A DNA stretch of 64,000 nt from Desulfobacterales bacterium (lineage in GTDB: Bacteria > Desulfobacterota > Desulfobacteria > Desulfobacterales > UBA2174). The first letter of the stretch is position 1, and each line of letters opens with the position of its first letter. Below are positions 33,712-43,594 of this stretch, in pieces. The notes under the pieces are model-generated. The model was given only the letters and a program-made list of their open reading frames with translations, was not told the DNA's origin and searched no databases. Both the position numbers and the translations under genes were made by a program. Location of the stretch: assembly GCA_963668645.2 (NCBI GenBank), contig CAXXWC010000019.1, forward strand, positions 192,001 to 256,000, in the 5' to 3' direction.

Positions 33712-35731
33712 CTTGCATTTCGCTCTTTGAAAAAGTGTATTCTTGATTTTTCCGGATCTCAACTTGACCCCGGCATTTCGGCGATTTAGTGATAGAGACG
33801 GGTTGCGCCGCGTTTAGCTTGAGTCAGCCAGGTATTTATAGGAAAAGCATTCCCGGGGCACCTCCAAGACCGTGATGATTTCGCTCTGCAAGGCGGTCAG
33901 TTTCGAGACAAAGCCGAAAGTAGTGCCGCCCGGGCCAGGCATCGCCCCTTTAACGACATGTTCGAAGGCGGCCAGCAGGTGTTCGGCTTTCGGGTTGCGC
34001 ACATCTTTGCGGTTGGGCATCAAGTCATCCAGCCCGCGGTCGCGCTGTTGGATGTTGATCCGAGCGGTTCTCTCGACCAGAACCACGATCTGCAGGGCAA
34101 TTTTGAAAAGGAACAGATACGCCTCGATGCGCTCCGGGCGGTGCAGATAGATCGGCTCCAGATCGTAGGGACCTTTAGCGCGCCGGAAGGTATGCTCGTT
34201 TCGGTACTGGCCCTTGTGCTGGACCATGGCCTGCTGGATGCTCAACTGTTCGGCATCCACGTCGGTCAACAGCGGATAATATCCACAGCGGTCCTGCGCG
34301 GCGGTAAAGGCCGCCTGGTCAAAGTGGACCTGGATATCGAACAGATCGCTGTGTACGGCCACCTTCTCGACGACCTTGCCGGCCGAGGGGCGTCCTCGGC
34401 CTTTGTATTTGTAGGTCACCAGGGCCTGGTAGTCGATGCGGTAGCTGAAAAAGTCTGCGGTACCGTATTTTGCCAAGATCGTGTCGCAGGCTTTTTGGAT
34501 CTGTTCTTCGGTTTTCGGCTTGCGTCCGTTGAGTTTGCCCCGGAGCGCTTCCAGGGCCTCTTTTGTCTGCTCAACACGCCGCTGCAGGTTCTGTCGTTTG
34601 GTCTGGGCCACGGCCTGATCGAAGATGATGATCATCCGTAGCCGGTAGTCCTTTTTGAGGTGCCGTACGACCATCGGCACCTCAAAACCCCGATTGAAGC
34701 GGCCCTTGTGAGGGATCAGGATTTCCTGGTCATGGTCGGCAACGGCGGCCTCAAAGTGTTCGGCAAAGCTTTCATACATGGGGGCCGGGGCCAGAAAGTG
34801 GCCGCCGTTATCAATGATCGCGGCGATGTTGGCCCCGCTGATCAGCTTGCAGTCGGCAACGTAGAGAAAATCGGTCCGGTCCAGCAGGTCGATCAGGCGC
34901 TGCCACTGTTCGACATAGGTGGTCACATCGGCGGTGTTGCCGCTGTAGGCCTGTGAAAAGAGGGGAAACGCACTGTCGTCACTGACCGACATCGACCAGA
35001 TCAGCTGCTTGAGGTCGTCGCGGTGCTTTTTGCTGTGACCGAAGGTGATCTGGATGCCTTCGGGCGACGGGGTGGCTTTCCCATTGCCATAATAAGAGAC
35101 CGAGGTGGTATCGTTATGGCATACGTCGGTTTGGATCTGCCAGGCCTCGATCATGTGGCGGGTGATTTCCAGCTCCAGGTTTCCGAGCCCGTGACGATGG
35201 AGGGCATCGAGGCTGTCGGCGAGCCGGTAGTCGAAGTAGGCCTCGGCCGGGATGCCGGCAAGGACGGTATCGAGCACGGTGCTTTGCCTGGCAAAGGGGC
35301 AGATGCGGTAAAGCTGCATAACCTGGAACAAGATGGCGGTGATCATGGCCACGGCGGCCTGGCCATGGGTCAGGACTTTTCGCCTGGGATCGATTGTTAC
35401 CGAATCGTCGATGATGCGGGCGATAGCGGCTTTTTCGAAGTAATATCGAAGTATTGGGGCAAAGCCGATGTTCTGGGTGATGACATCATCGACGATACTT
35501 GAGACCGGATCTGCCAAGGCCATGAGAAGTACCTCCGTAAGTTGTTGGAAGTACTACTCTTTTTTGCATGTAAAAATCTAGTTTGATTTCAGGTAGTTAT
35601 AGGAACATACGGGTGATAGAGAACGACTATGAACCAAAAAGATCGGTGAATCAGAGATTATCATGGAAATTTGGCGATTTTCGATGTTTTGCTAATTTTC
35701 AGGTCACGACTGGCAACAAGCGAAATCTAAG
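33712..35731 (-). mobile_element. IS1634-family insertion sequence, apparently intact
   Basis: Ends CTTGCATTTCGC / GCGAAATCTAAG, flanked by a 6-bp TTATAG duplication (33706-33711, 35732-35737). Confidence 0.9.
33814..35523 (-). CDS. IS1634-family DDE transposase
   Basis: HNDTTSVS, GHSKKHRDDLKQ, YVADCKL, QYRNEHTFR, PERIEA. Confidence 0.92.
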   Translation of the reverse strand: MALADPVSSIVDDVITQNIGFAPILRYYFEKAAIARIIDDSVTIDPRRKVLTHGQAAVAMITAILFQVMQLYRICPFARQSTVLDTVLAGIPAEAYFDYRLADSLDALHRHGLGNLELEITRHMIEAWQIQTDVCHNDTTSVSYYGNGKATPSPEGIQITFGHSKKHRDDLKQLIWSMSVSDDSAFPLFSQAYSGNTADVTTYVEQWQRLIDLLDRTDFLYVADCKLISGANIAAIIDNGGHFLAPAPMYESFAEHFEAAVADHDQEILIPHKGRFNRGFEVPMVVRHLKKDYRLRMIIIFDQAVAQTKRQNLQRRVEQTKEALEALRGKLNGRKPKTEEQIQKACDTILAKYGTADFFSYRIDYQALVTYKYKGRGRPSAGKVVEKVAVHSDLFDIQVHFDQAAFTAAQDRCGYYPLLTDVDAEQLSIQQAMVQHKGQYRNEHTFRRAKGPYDLEPIYLHRPERIEAYLFLFKIALQIVVLVERTARINIQQRDRGLDDLMPNRKDVRNPKAEHLLAAFEHVVKGAMPGPGGTTFGFVSKLTALQSEIITVLEVPRECFSYKYLADSS

Positions 35732-36175
35732 TTATAGGAAAAGCATTCCGGAGGCACCTCCAAAACCGTGATGATTTCACGCTGCAAGGTGGTCAGTTTC
35801 GAGACAAAGCCGCAAGTGGTGCCGCTCGGACCAGGCATCGCGCCTTTAAGGACATGTTCGGAATTCAACTACGGGCTTTTCACCCCTATTTAGCCCAGAG
35901 GCAACCATTATTGCACTATACCCCCAGATCATCTATCAATCCCTTATTCATAAAGGATTCAGCAAAAACAATCCGGTCATGATCGCGGCAGGCAAGACTT
36001 CTGTTTGCTGACATATGGCACGAATCGGTTATTCTTCTCTTTCCGCTTACCCGTTACGGTTATACCGATGTAATCCCATCTTGCCTGATTTGCTTCGATC
36101 TGCCCCACTGGAAATGTAGCCATGAATGTTTAATCCGCTGCCAACTGAATGGGTTTCAAGGAGAGGAACAAAAAA

Positions 36176-36640
36176 ATGACCTTTAATGCTCCTACCGTTG
36201 AAAGCAAGCCGTCACCGTTGGTTTTGGGTAGTCCGGAGACTCATTCGCCGAAGCAAAAAAAACGAGGCTGCCATCGTCTCCGCAGCCTAGTGGTTGATGA
36301 CGACACCTCTATTCTCAAATGCGTGGCCCAAATGCTTACCCGGATCGGTTGCCAGGTCGACACCGCCCAAGAGCAGCCTGAGGTGGTCAACAAGCTGGCC
36401 ACCGGCACCTACGACCTGCTGGTCACGGACCTGGAGATGCCGGAAATGAATGGCTATTATCTGACACAAAAGGTCAAAAATGAAATGCATGGCACCAAAG
36501 TTATTATCATGACAGGCCGGCTTGAGGCCGATTGTCTCGAAATGATGGTCACGCGGTGGGTGGACGGGTGGCTTTTCAAGCCGTTCGGATTGAAGGAACT
36601 GTACGCCATGCTCCAGTGGTTGGGGTTGATTAAGGAATGA
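36176..36640 (+). CDS. Stand-alone response regulator receiver protein
   Basis: LVVDDD, LLVTDLEMP, MTG, FKPF; paralog of 15153. Confidence 0.9.
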   Translation: MTFNAPTVESKPSPLVLGSPETHSPKQKKRGCHRLRSLVVDDDTSILKCVAQMLTRIGCQVDTAQEQPEVVNKLATGTYDLLVTDLEMPEMNGYYLTQKVKNEMHGTKVIIMTGRLEADCLEMMVTRWVDGWLFKPFGLKELYAMLQWLGLIKE

Positions 36641-36829
36641 CGCCGCGCATAACAGCCTAACCCTACAACAATATATAGTGATATTAACCGGATTCTCTCA
36701 ACCGCTTCTTCCTGTGAAATAGGTAGGTTCGAATCTTTCCACCACGACGATAGCTGCGAGTGACCGTCATGGGCCGTTCAAGCCTAACTTGGGTGCATTT
36801 TGACCTGCACCGAAAGGTGACATCCGGAT

Positions 36830-36980
36830 AGGAGATTCACCCTGGACTCGTTGCGAAGGAAGCAATCATTGAACTGCTCACGAAATCCATTGAGTTCATT
36901 ACCGAATTTTTTGATGTCGCACACCTGAGGTCGAAATTGGGAACGGGGATAGGGTCCTCTTCGCATCGGATCACTAACTG
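36830..36980 (-). pseudogene. Possible IS701-family transposase N-terminal remnant
   Basis: Joined frames read IRCEED..VPNFDL|DIKKFGNELNGFREQFNDCFLRNESR, resembling IS701 transposase starts as I recall them. Confidence 0.4.
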
Positions 36981-37065
36981 TTCTAACCGGCGATCTTCAC
37001 TTTCCTGGACCTGAATGTCTGATAGTCTCGGCCAACCGTGGACACATTTATCAAGGATGATAGGG

Positions 37066-38618
37066 ATGGCACAATACAATCTGAACCGCGTCTTTAAACC
37101 GCGGCAGGTTGCCGTGGTGGGCGCCAGCGAAAAAGCGGGAACCATCGGCAACGCGTTGATGAGACATCTCATTGACGGTGGGGTTCCCAGAACGGTGCTG
37201 CCGGTCAATCCCAAATACCAAGCCATGCAGGCGCTTTATACGTTACTGCGCCCTTCTGGAGCAAAGGGAACCCCATCGACATTCTCGGCGATGCCTCGGC
37301 GGAGCGTTTTAGCCAAGCGCTTACGGTTTGCTTCAATTCGCAGAATTTGGACGGGGTACTGGTCATCCTTGCGCCCCAGGCCCTTACGGAACCTCTTTGG
37401 GTGGCAGCAACGCTGGCCTCCGCCATGAAAGAACGCCGCTACCCGTTGTTTACTATCTGGATGGGCGGCAAAAGCATCGGGCCTGCTGTTGAAATTTAAA
37501 TGAAGCGGGAATCCCAACCTACGATACGCCGGAACGGGCGATTAGCGCTTTTCTATACATGGCTGAATATACCCGAAACCTTGAACTGCTTTTGGAAATA
37601 CCACCGAACAGTAACCAGGCATCTGGTGTTCGATCAGGAAAAAGCCCGGAACCTTATCGCCGGTGCTCCGGCACAGGAATTTATGTCGGAAACGGATTCC
37701 AGGGAACTGCTCATGGCCTACGGCCTACCCGTGATAAAGACGGAATCTGCAGATACCGAAACCCAGGCTTTGAGTATCGGCCTTGAGCTGGGATATCCGA
37801 TGAACCGTCTGCTTGCCCGGCGACTCATGCAGAAAACCAAGGCCTGCGCCTTGTTGCAAGGATACCGAAACCGCCCGGCTGCCGACATGGAACGACTCGA
37901 AGAAATGATAATCCGACTATCCCAACTCCTGATTGATTTCCCTGAAATTGCCGAGCTGGACATGAACCCCGTTCTGATCAAAGAGGGCAATCCCGTCGCG
38001 GTCGATGCTCGAATTCTTGTTTCACCCCATGGGGTGCCCTCCTCCCTGCATCTGGTAATCGGCCCGTATCAGGAGGATGAAAAGTCCCACATGCTCAGCG
38101 ATGATGGACGCCGCATTTTTATTCGACCTGTCAAGCCCGAAGACGCCCCTCTTTTTATGGCGTTGTTCAAGGTGCTTTCGCCCACGCCGATTTATTATCG
38201 TTTCTTCGGATCGTTAAAGGAACTAAATCCGGAGATGCTGGCACGGTTCACTCAGATCGATTACGATCGGGAGATCGCGTTGGTTGCCCTGGATGAAGAT
38301 ATCGACGAAAATTCGGAAGCCGGCGGCATGTTGGGGGTCGCAAGAATCATCGGTGATTCGGATGGAAAGACGGGGGAGTTCGCCGTTTTGGTAGGGGACG
38401 CCTGGCAAGGCAAGGGCATTGGGGGGAATTTGCTGGAAAAATGTCTGTCCATCGCCGAAAAGCAAGGCTTTGAATCGGTGTACGGTATCGTACTGCATGG
38501 AAACCGGAACATGCTCGAGCTATGCAAAAAACTGGGATTTGACATCAAAAGAGAGCCTGACTCTGGAGACGATGAGCTGACGATTCATTTCGGAGGGACC
38601 CGACATGAGGTTAATTGA
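37066..38618 (+). pseudogene. Pat/YfiQ-type NDP-forming acyl-CoA synthetase-GNAT acetyltransferase, internally deleted and frameshifted
   Basis: FKPRQVAVVGAS, PVNPKY, NPIDILGDA in another frame, ELDMNP, IRPVKPED, FTQIDYDRE, WQGKGIG; far shorter than a full Pat. Confidence 0.85.
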
Positions 38619-40230
38619 AAAAATCGAAAGCATATTCCCACGGGCCGCCGATATACCGAAGGCTCTTTTAAACGATATTCCCTGCATTCAAACCGGCTAT
38701 CTCGTGAACGGCGAAATTCGGGTCTGGCACGGCCCGCGCCAGGAGGTACTCTCGCCGGTGTGGGTGACGGGCGATAACGGGCCCAAGCCCTTTTGCATTG
38801 GTGAATATCCGCTGTTAACGGAGGCGGAAGCGTTTCAGGCCCTGGACGCGGCAGTGGCCGCCTATGATCATGGGCGGGGATTGTGGCCGACCCTCTCCGT
38901 GACCGAGCGCATTGATCACATGCAGCGGTTCGTAGTTCGCATGATTGAAGAAAAAGACCAAGTCGTGCGATTTCTGATGTGGGAGGTCGGCAAATCCCTT
39001 CAGGATTCGCAAAAGGAGTTCGACCGGACTATTCAATACATCAACGATACCCTTGCCGCTCTAAAAGACCTGGATCGAATTTCTTCCCGGTTCACCATTG
39101 AGGAGGGCATCATCGGTCAGATTCGGCGAGCCCCCTTGGGCGTTGTGCTCTGTATGGGACCGTTCAATTATCCGCTCAACGAGACATTCACGACCTTGAT
39201 ACCGGCGCTTGTCATGGGCAACACCGTGATCTTGAAGCCGCCCAAACACGGCGCGCTTCTTTACGCACCTCTCCTGAAGGCCTTTTGCGATGTTTTTCCA
39301 CAAGGCGTCATTAACATCATCTATGGCGAGGGAAGAAAAATTATTCCCCCGCTCATGGCATCCGGAAAAGTCAACGTGATGGGGCTGATCGGAACGAGCA
39401 AGACGGCCAATGCCTTGAAAAAACTGCACCCTAGCCCCAATCGCCTGCGCTGCGTACTGGGGTTGGAGGCCAAGAATCCGGCGATTGTGCTCAAAGGCGC
39501 CGTCCTTGACCTGGCTGTAAAGGAGTGCATTCTCGGCTGCCTTTCCTTTAACGGGCAACGTTGCACGGCGCTTAAGATCCTCTTTGTGGAGGCTGCCATC
39601 GTGGACGCGTTTCTTGAACGCTTCGCTGCGGCCGTTAACGCCCTTACCTTTGGCATGCCATGGAAGGAAGGGGTTGCCCTGACACCGGTCGCGGAAAAGG
39701 GCAAAACGGATTACCTGCAAGAACTGGTGTCTGACGCTGTTGCCCAAGGTGCCCGGATCGTGAATCCGTCCGGAGGAGCGCTTTGCGGCAGCTTCTTTTT
39801 TCCGGCCGTCCTGTATCCGGTCCACAACAGAATGAGAGTGTATCATGAAGAGCAGTTCGGGCCGGTGGTTCCCGTGCTGCCCTTCGACAACATAGACCAA
39901 CCCATCGACTACATGATCAATTCCAACTACGGCCAGCAAGTCAGCATTTTCGGCAGCGACCCGGGTCAGATCGCCCGATTGATCGATCCGCTGGTCAACC
40001 AGGTCTGCCGGGTCAACATCAACAGCCAGTGCCAGCGGGGACCGGACACCTTTCCCTTTACTGGACGAAAGGATTCAGCCGAAGGAACGCTTTCCGTATC
40101 CGACGCCTTGCGGGTTTTTTCCATCCGAACCTTGGTTGCCACAAAACAGACGGAGTTGAACAAAAAGATCATCACCCGCATCGTGCGGGATCACAAAAGC
40201 AAATTTTTGGCGACCGACTTTATTCTATAA
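38605..40230 (+). CDS. gapN: Non-phosphorylating NADP-dependent glyceraldehyde-3-phosphate dehydrogenase (ALDH family)
   Basis: GPFNYPLNE, LEAKNP, FNGQRCTA, EEQFGP, FPFTGRKDS. Confidence 0.85.
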   Translation: MRLIEKIESIFPRAADIPKALLNDIPCIQTGYLVNGEIRVWHGPRQEVLSPVWVTGDNGPKPFCIGEYPLLTEAEAFQALDAAVAAYDHGRGLWPTLSVTERIDHMQRFVVRMIEEKDQVVRFLMWEVGKSLQDSQKEFDRTIQYINDTLAALKDLDRISSRFTIEEGIIGQIRRAPLGVVLCMGPFNYPLNETFTTLIPALVMGNTVILKPPKHGALLYAPLLKAFCDVFPQGVINIIYGEGRKIIPPLMASGKVNVMGLIGTSKTANALKKLHPSPNRLRCVLGLEAKNPAIVLKGAVLDLAVKECILGCLSFNGQRCTALKILFVEAAIVDAFLERFAAAVNALTFGMPWKEGVALTPVAEKGKTDYLQELVSDAVAQGARIVNPSGGALCGSFFFPAVLYPVHNRMRVYHEEQFGPVVPVLPFDNIDQPIDYMINSNYGQQVSIFGSDPGQIARLIDPLVNQVCRVNINSQCQRGPDTFPFTGRKDSAEGTLSVSDALRVFSIRTLVATKQTELNKKIITRIVRDHKSKFLATDFIL

Positions 40231-40271
40231 TTGTGAGCTGAAAGCGTTTGGAATAAAGAAAGGTATCAAGA

Positions 40272-41198
40272 ATGATATACACCGTCACATTAAATCCTGC
40301 ACTGGACCGTTTCATCGTTGTTGAGCAGTTGCTTGCGGAAGACACCACCCGCATCCTTTCGGAAACACCGTATGCTGCCGGTAAGGGGATTGATGTATCC
40401 AGGGTGATCCGGGAATTGGGCGGACAGAGTGTCGCCCTTGGTCTCGTCGGAGGCTATGACGGCCTGCAACTGGAAGGGTTGCTCATCAATGCGGGTGTCA
40501 TGACCGATTTTACCCGGATTTCAGACGAAACGCGAACCAATATTATCCTACGTGAACAGGCCCAAAACCGGCAGTACGCCATCAGCGCCGCCGGGCCGGA
40601 AATTAAGGCAACAGAAATCGGTATGTTTTATCAACATATGAACCAGGTCCGGGATATGGATTACCTGATCCTGAGCGGAAGTCTCCCACGCGGCGTTTCA
40701 CCGAACCTCTACGGTCAACTGATTCTTGCCGGGAAAAAAAAGGGCGCTTTCATCGTTCTGGATGCGGATGGAATCGCTCTGCATGAAGCACTGGACTATC
40801 AACCGACCTGTATTAAACCGAATATTCACGAACTTTCCCGTCTGGCGGAACGGGAACTGCAAACCGAACCGGAAATTTTAGGTTTTTGTGAAAAACTCCA
40901 CCAGAAAGGAATTCCATTTATTCTTGTTTCCAGAGGGGAAAAAGGCCTGCTTCTCTCTTCGGCAGAACAAAAAATAAAGGCGGTTGCACCTCCGGTGGCA
41001 GTGGACAGCACCGTAGGTGCCGGGGATTCGGTGGTGGGAGGATTCGTACTGGCGCATTCCCGGGGCAAAGACCTCGCTGACAGCATACGGCTCGCCTGTG
41101 CCGCGGGAACGGCAACCGCGCGAACGCCTGGTACCGAGCTTTGTCATCTCGCGGATGTTGAAGCAATTTTACCCAGGGTTGAACTATCAAAGGTATAG
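40272..41198 (+). CDS. pfkB: PfkB-family 1-phosphofructokinase/6-phosphofructokinase II-like kinase
   Basis: YTVTLNPALD, GKGIDVS, SGSLP, KPNIHEL, STVGAGD. Confidence 0.88.
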   Translation: MIYTVTLNPALDRFIVVEQLLAEDTTRILSETPYAAGKGIDVSRVIRELGGQSVALGLVGGYDGLQLEGLLINAGVMTDFTRISDETRTNIILREQAQNRQYAISAAGPEIKATEIGMFYQHMNQVRDMDYLILSGSLPRGVSPNLYGQLILAGKKKGAFIVLDADGIALHEALDYQPTCIKPNIHELSRLAERELQTEPEILGFCEKLHQKGIPFILVSRGEKGLLLSSAEQKIKAVAPPVAVDSTVGAGDSVVGGFVLAHSRGKDLADSIRLACAAGTATARTPGTELCHLADVEAILPRVELSKV

Positions 41199-41716
41199 AC
41201 GTTGCCGTTCATTCCTAAACGGATATCCTGATGCCGGCAAATTCCCTTCAAATCATAGCAGAGACATGAGCGACGACGATTTAGCAATGAGGATGCGGCC
41301 TTTTTATGACAATGGCCTTCCAGCCTGGCGGGGCACTTCATCACCTTTTGGCAAATGCGGTTTCAGTCGGCGACTGAATTTTCCCGCGCGCGGGAAAATT
41401 TTTACACACGCAATCCCTTGCGTGCCGGGCTTGCCGGCAAGGCGCTCAAGATCGACAATCAAGCCGATACCCACCAGCGTTTGAATCGTGCCATGAAGGC
41501 TGGCGGCTTCAACGCGCTCGTTCGCGAGAATTGACCTTCCGAAAAGCGAAAATGGCGATCCCCGTATCCGGGCACGAAATGTCAGGGCCTGCAACGCTAA
41601 ACGCCGCCGTGCATCCAAACACCCATTGAATCTTGGAAACCAATTGATACCATTCGAAATTTCTGTTATGATTTTATACTTTTATCTTATCATGCCGATA
41701 AATATGGAATCATCAG

Positions 41717-43163
41717 ATGATTAAAGATTTTCTGAAAGTTTTCAACAGCATTCTGGGGTCGATTCGCGAGCCCGTGATCGTGCTCGATCGGGATCTGAAA
41801 GTCGTAACAGCCAATCCCTCTTTTTACCGGACATTTAATGTCAAGCCTGACGAGACCGAGGGCGTTCGGATATACGCTCTGGGCAACCGGCAATGGGACA
41901 TCCCCAGCTTAAGGAGATTGCTGGAAGATATCCTTCCTCAAAATACCGATTTTCACGATTTTGAGGTGGAACACGATTTTGAAAGCATCGGGCACAAGAT
42001 CATGCGCCTGAACGCCAGGCGGATTTACGTCCAGGACGACCCAAACCAGTTGCTATTGGCCATCGAGGATGTAACCGAACGCGAATATTACAAAAAGCAC
42101 CTTGAGGAACTGGTTGGAGAACGAACGGTAGAAATAAGAAAACTCAAGGATCCTAGCTCGAAGTAACCGAACGCGAGCACCTTATCTTCAGGAAGAAACT
42201 CAAAGCAGCTCGTTTAGCGAACCATGAGAACATCGTCATGAGAACATCGTCGGTAAGAGCGACGCTATCAACTACGTGTTTTTCAAGGTGGAGCAGATCG
42301 CCAATACCGACACAAACGTCTTGGTTCTCGGTGAAACCGGAACCGGAAAAGAATTGGTGGCGAGGGCCATTCACGGCACCAGCCTACGCAAGAAGCGCAG
42401 CCTGGTCAAAATCAATTGCGCAGCCCTGCCTTCGAATCTGATCGAAAGCGAACTTTTCGGCCATGAGAAAGGCGCCTTCACCGGTGCCCAATCCAGGCGG
42501 TTGGGGCGCTTTGAAATTGCCGATGGAGCGACCTTGTTTTTAGACGAAATCGGGGAACTGCCGTTGGATCTGCAGCCCAAACTGCTCCAGGTGATCGAAG
42601 ACGGGGAGTTCGAACGACTCGGCAGTTCGGAAACCAGAAAAGTGGACGTGCGCATCATTGCCGCCACTAATCGTGACCTTCAAGCGGAGGTCCAAAAGGG
42701 TACTTTCCGGGAAGATTTGTGGTACCGGCTGAATATTTTTCCGATCACCATGCCGCCCCTGCGCGATCGTCTGGACGACATCCCGCTGCTGGTCAATTTT
42801 TATATTGACCGGATTTCAAGAAGACTGGGCAAAGACATCAAGATGGTCCCGGCGGGTGTGATGGACGCGCTGCAACAGTACCATTGGCCCGGCAATGTTC
42901 GCGAACTGGAAAATGTCCTCGAACGTGCGGTGATCAACTCCTCGGGCCCCAAGCTGAGACTGGTGGATGAACTGAAAAAGCCGCATAAGGATGCCGCAGC
43001 ACCTGAACAAACCCTGGAGAGTGTCGAACGAGACTACATCCAGCGGGTGCTTGAACAGACCGGCTGGAAAGTGAGCGGCAAGAACAGTGCGGCTGAAATC
43101 CTGGGTCTCGACCGCAGCACGTTGCGCGCCCGCATGCGCAAACTCAATATCCATAAGCCGTAA
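41717..43163 (+). pseudogene. PAS + sigma54-dependent activator (AAA+/Fis HTH), split by small insertions in the linker
   Basis: PAS 41717-42166; GETGTGKE, GAFTGA, WPGNVRELEN and HTH in 42276-43163; 14-bp tandem duplication at 42223-42250. Confidence 0.85.
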
Positions 43164-43231
43164 ATTCTCATTCCAATTCCAGCACATTTCTTATCATCGT
43201 AACGTCAGTATCGCATGGAAGGCCGGGAAAA

Positions 43232-43264
43232 AGCGCATATATGATCTTCGGTTAAATATGGCCT
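43232..43264. promoter_or_regulatory. Degenerate third tandem box pair
   Basis: AGCGCATATATGATCT and CGGTTAAATATGGCCT, 17-bp period. Confidence 0.45.
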
Positions 43265-43531
43265 TTGGGGGCAGGCGGAAACGAAGGTCTTGCAAGCAAT
43301 TTCGACTGTAGGCTGCCCGACTGGACCTGTGGGAGGGGCGGGTACGGCACACAGAACCCTGGCTGCACGAAAACCGACGTAAAAGCGGCAACCCAAGCCG
43401 GTCGCCACTCCTTCCAAGCCGCTATTTTTCAAACGCGCGCGGCACAACCTGATGTAGCAAAGCGACCTCAGGAAGGTTGAGCAGACTTTCGGGACCAGCT
43501 GCACTTTGCACCCTGCAGCTGAATTGGCGGA

Positions 43532-43560
43532 TTGACCTTCACCAGCGGCTTTGGTAGATT
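43532..43560 (+). promoter_or_regulatory. Putative sigma70 promoter of the two-component operon
   Basis: TTGACC-N17-TAGATT. Confidence 0.55.
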
Positions 43561-43594
43561 TTTTTAGATTATTTAAAAAACAAAACAGGATACC

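Larger units (their letters stand above)
33590..35860 (-). mobile_element. Older diverged IS1634 remnant (33590-33711 plus 35732-35860) interrupted by a newer copy
   Basis: 33590-33711 resembles 33712-33841; 35732-35860 resembles 33836-33964. Confidence 0.8.

Noticed and set aside
33590..33841. About 125-bp tandem repeat as a CRISPR or satellite
   Set aside because: Only two diverged copies, no spacers or cas genes; explained by nested IS1634 ends.
41200..41700. Short ORFs between pfkB and the PAS gene
   Set aside because: No recognisable motifs or convincing RBS.
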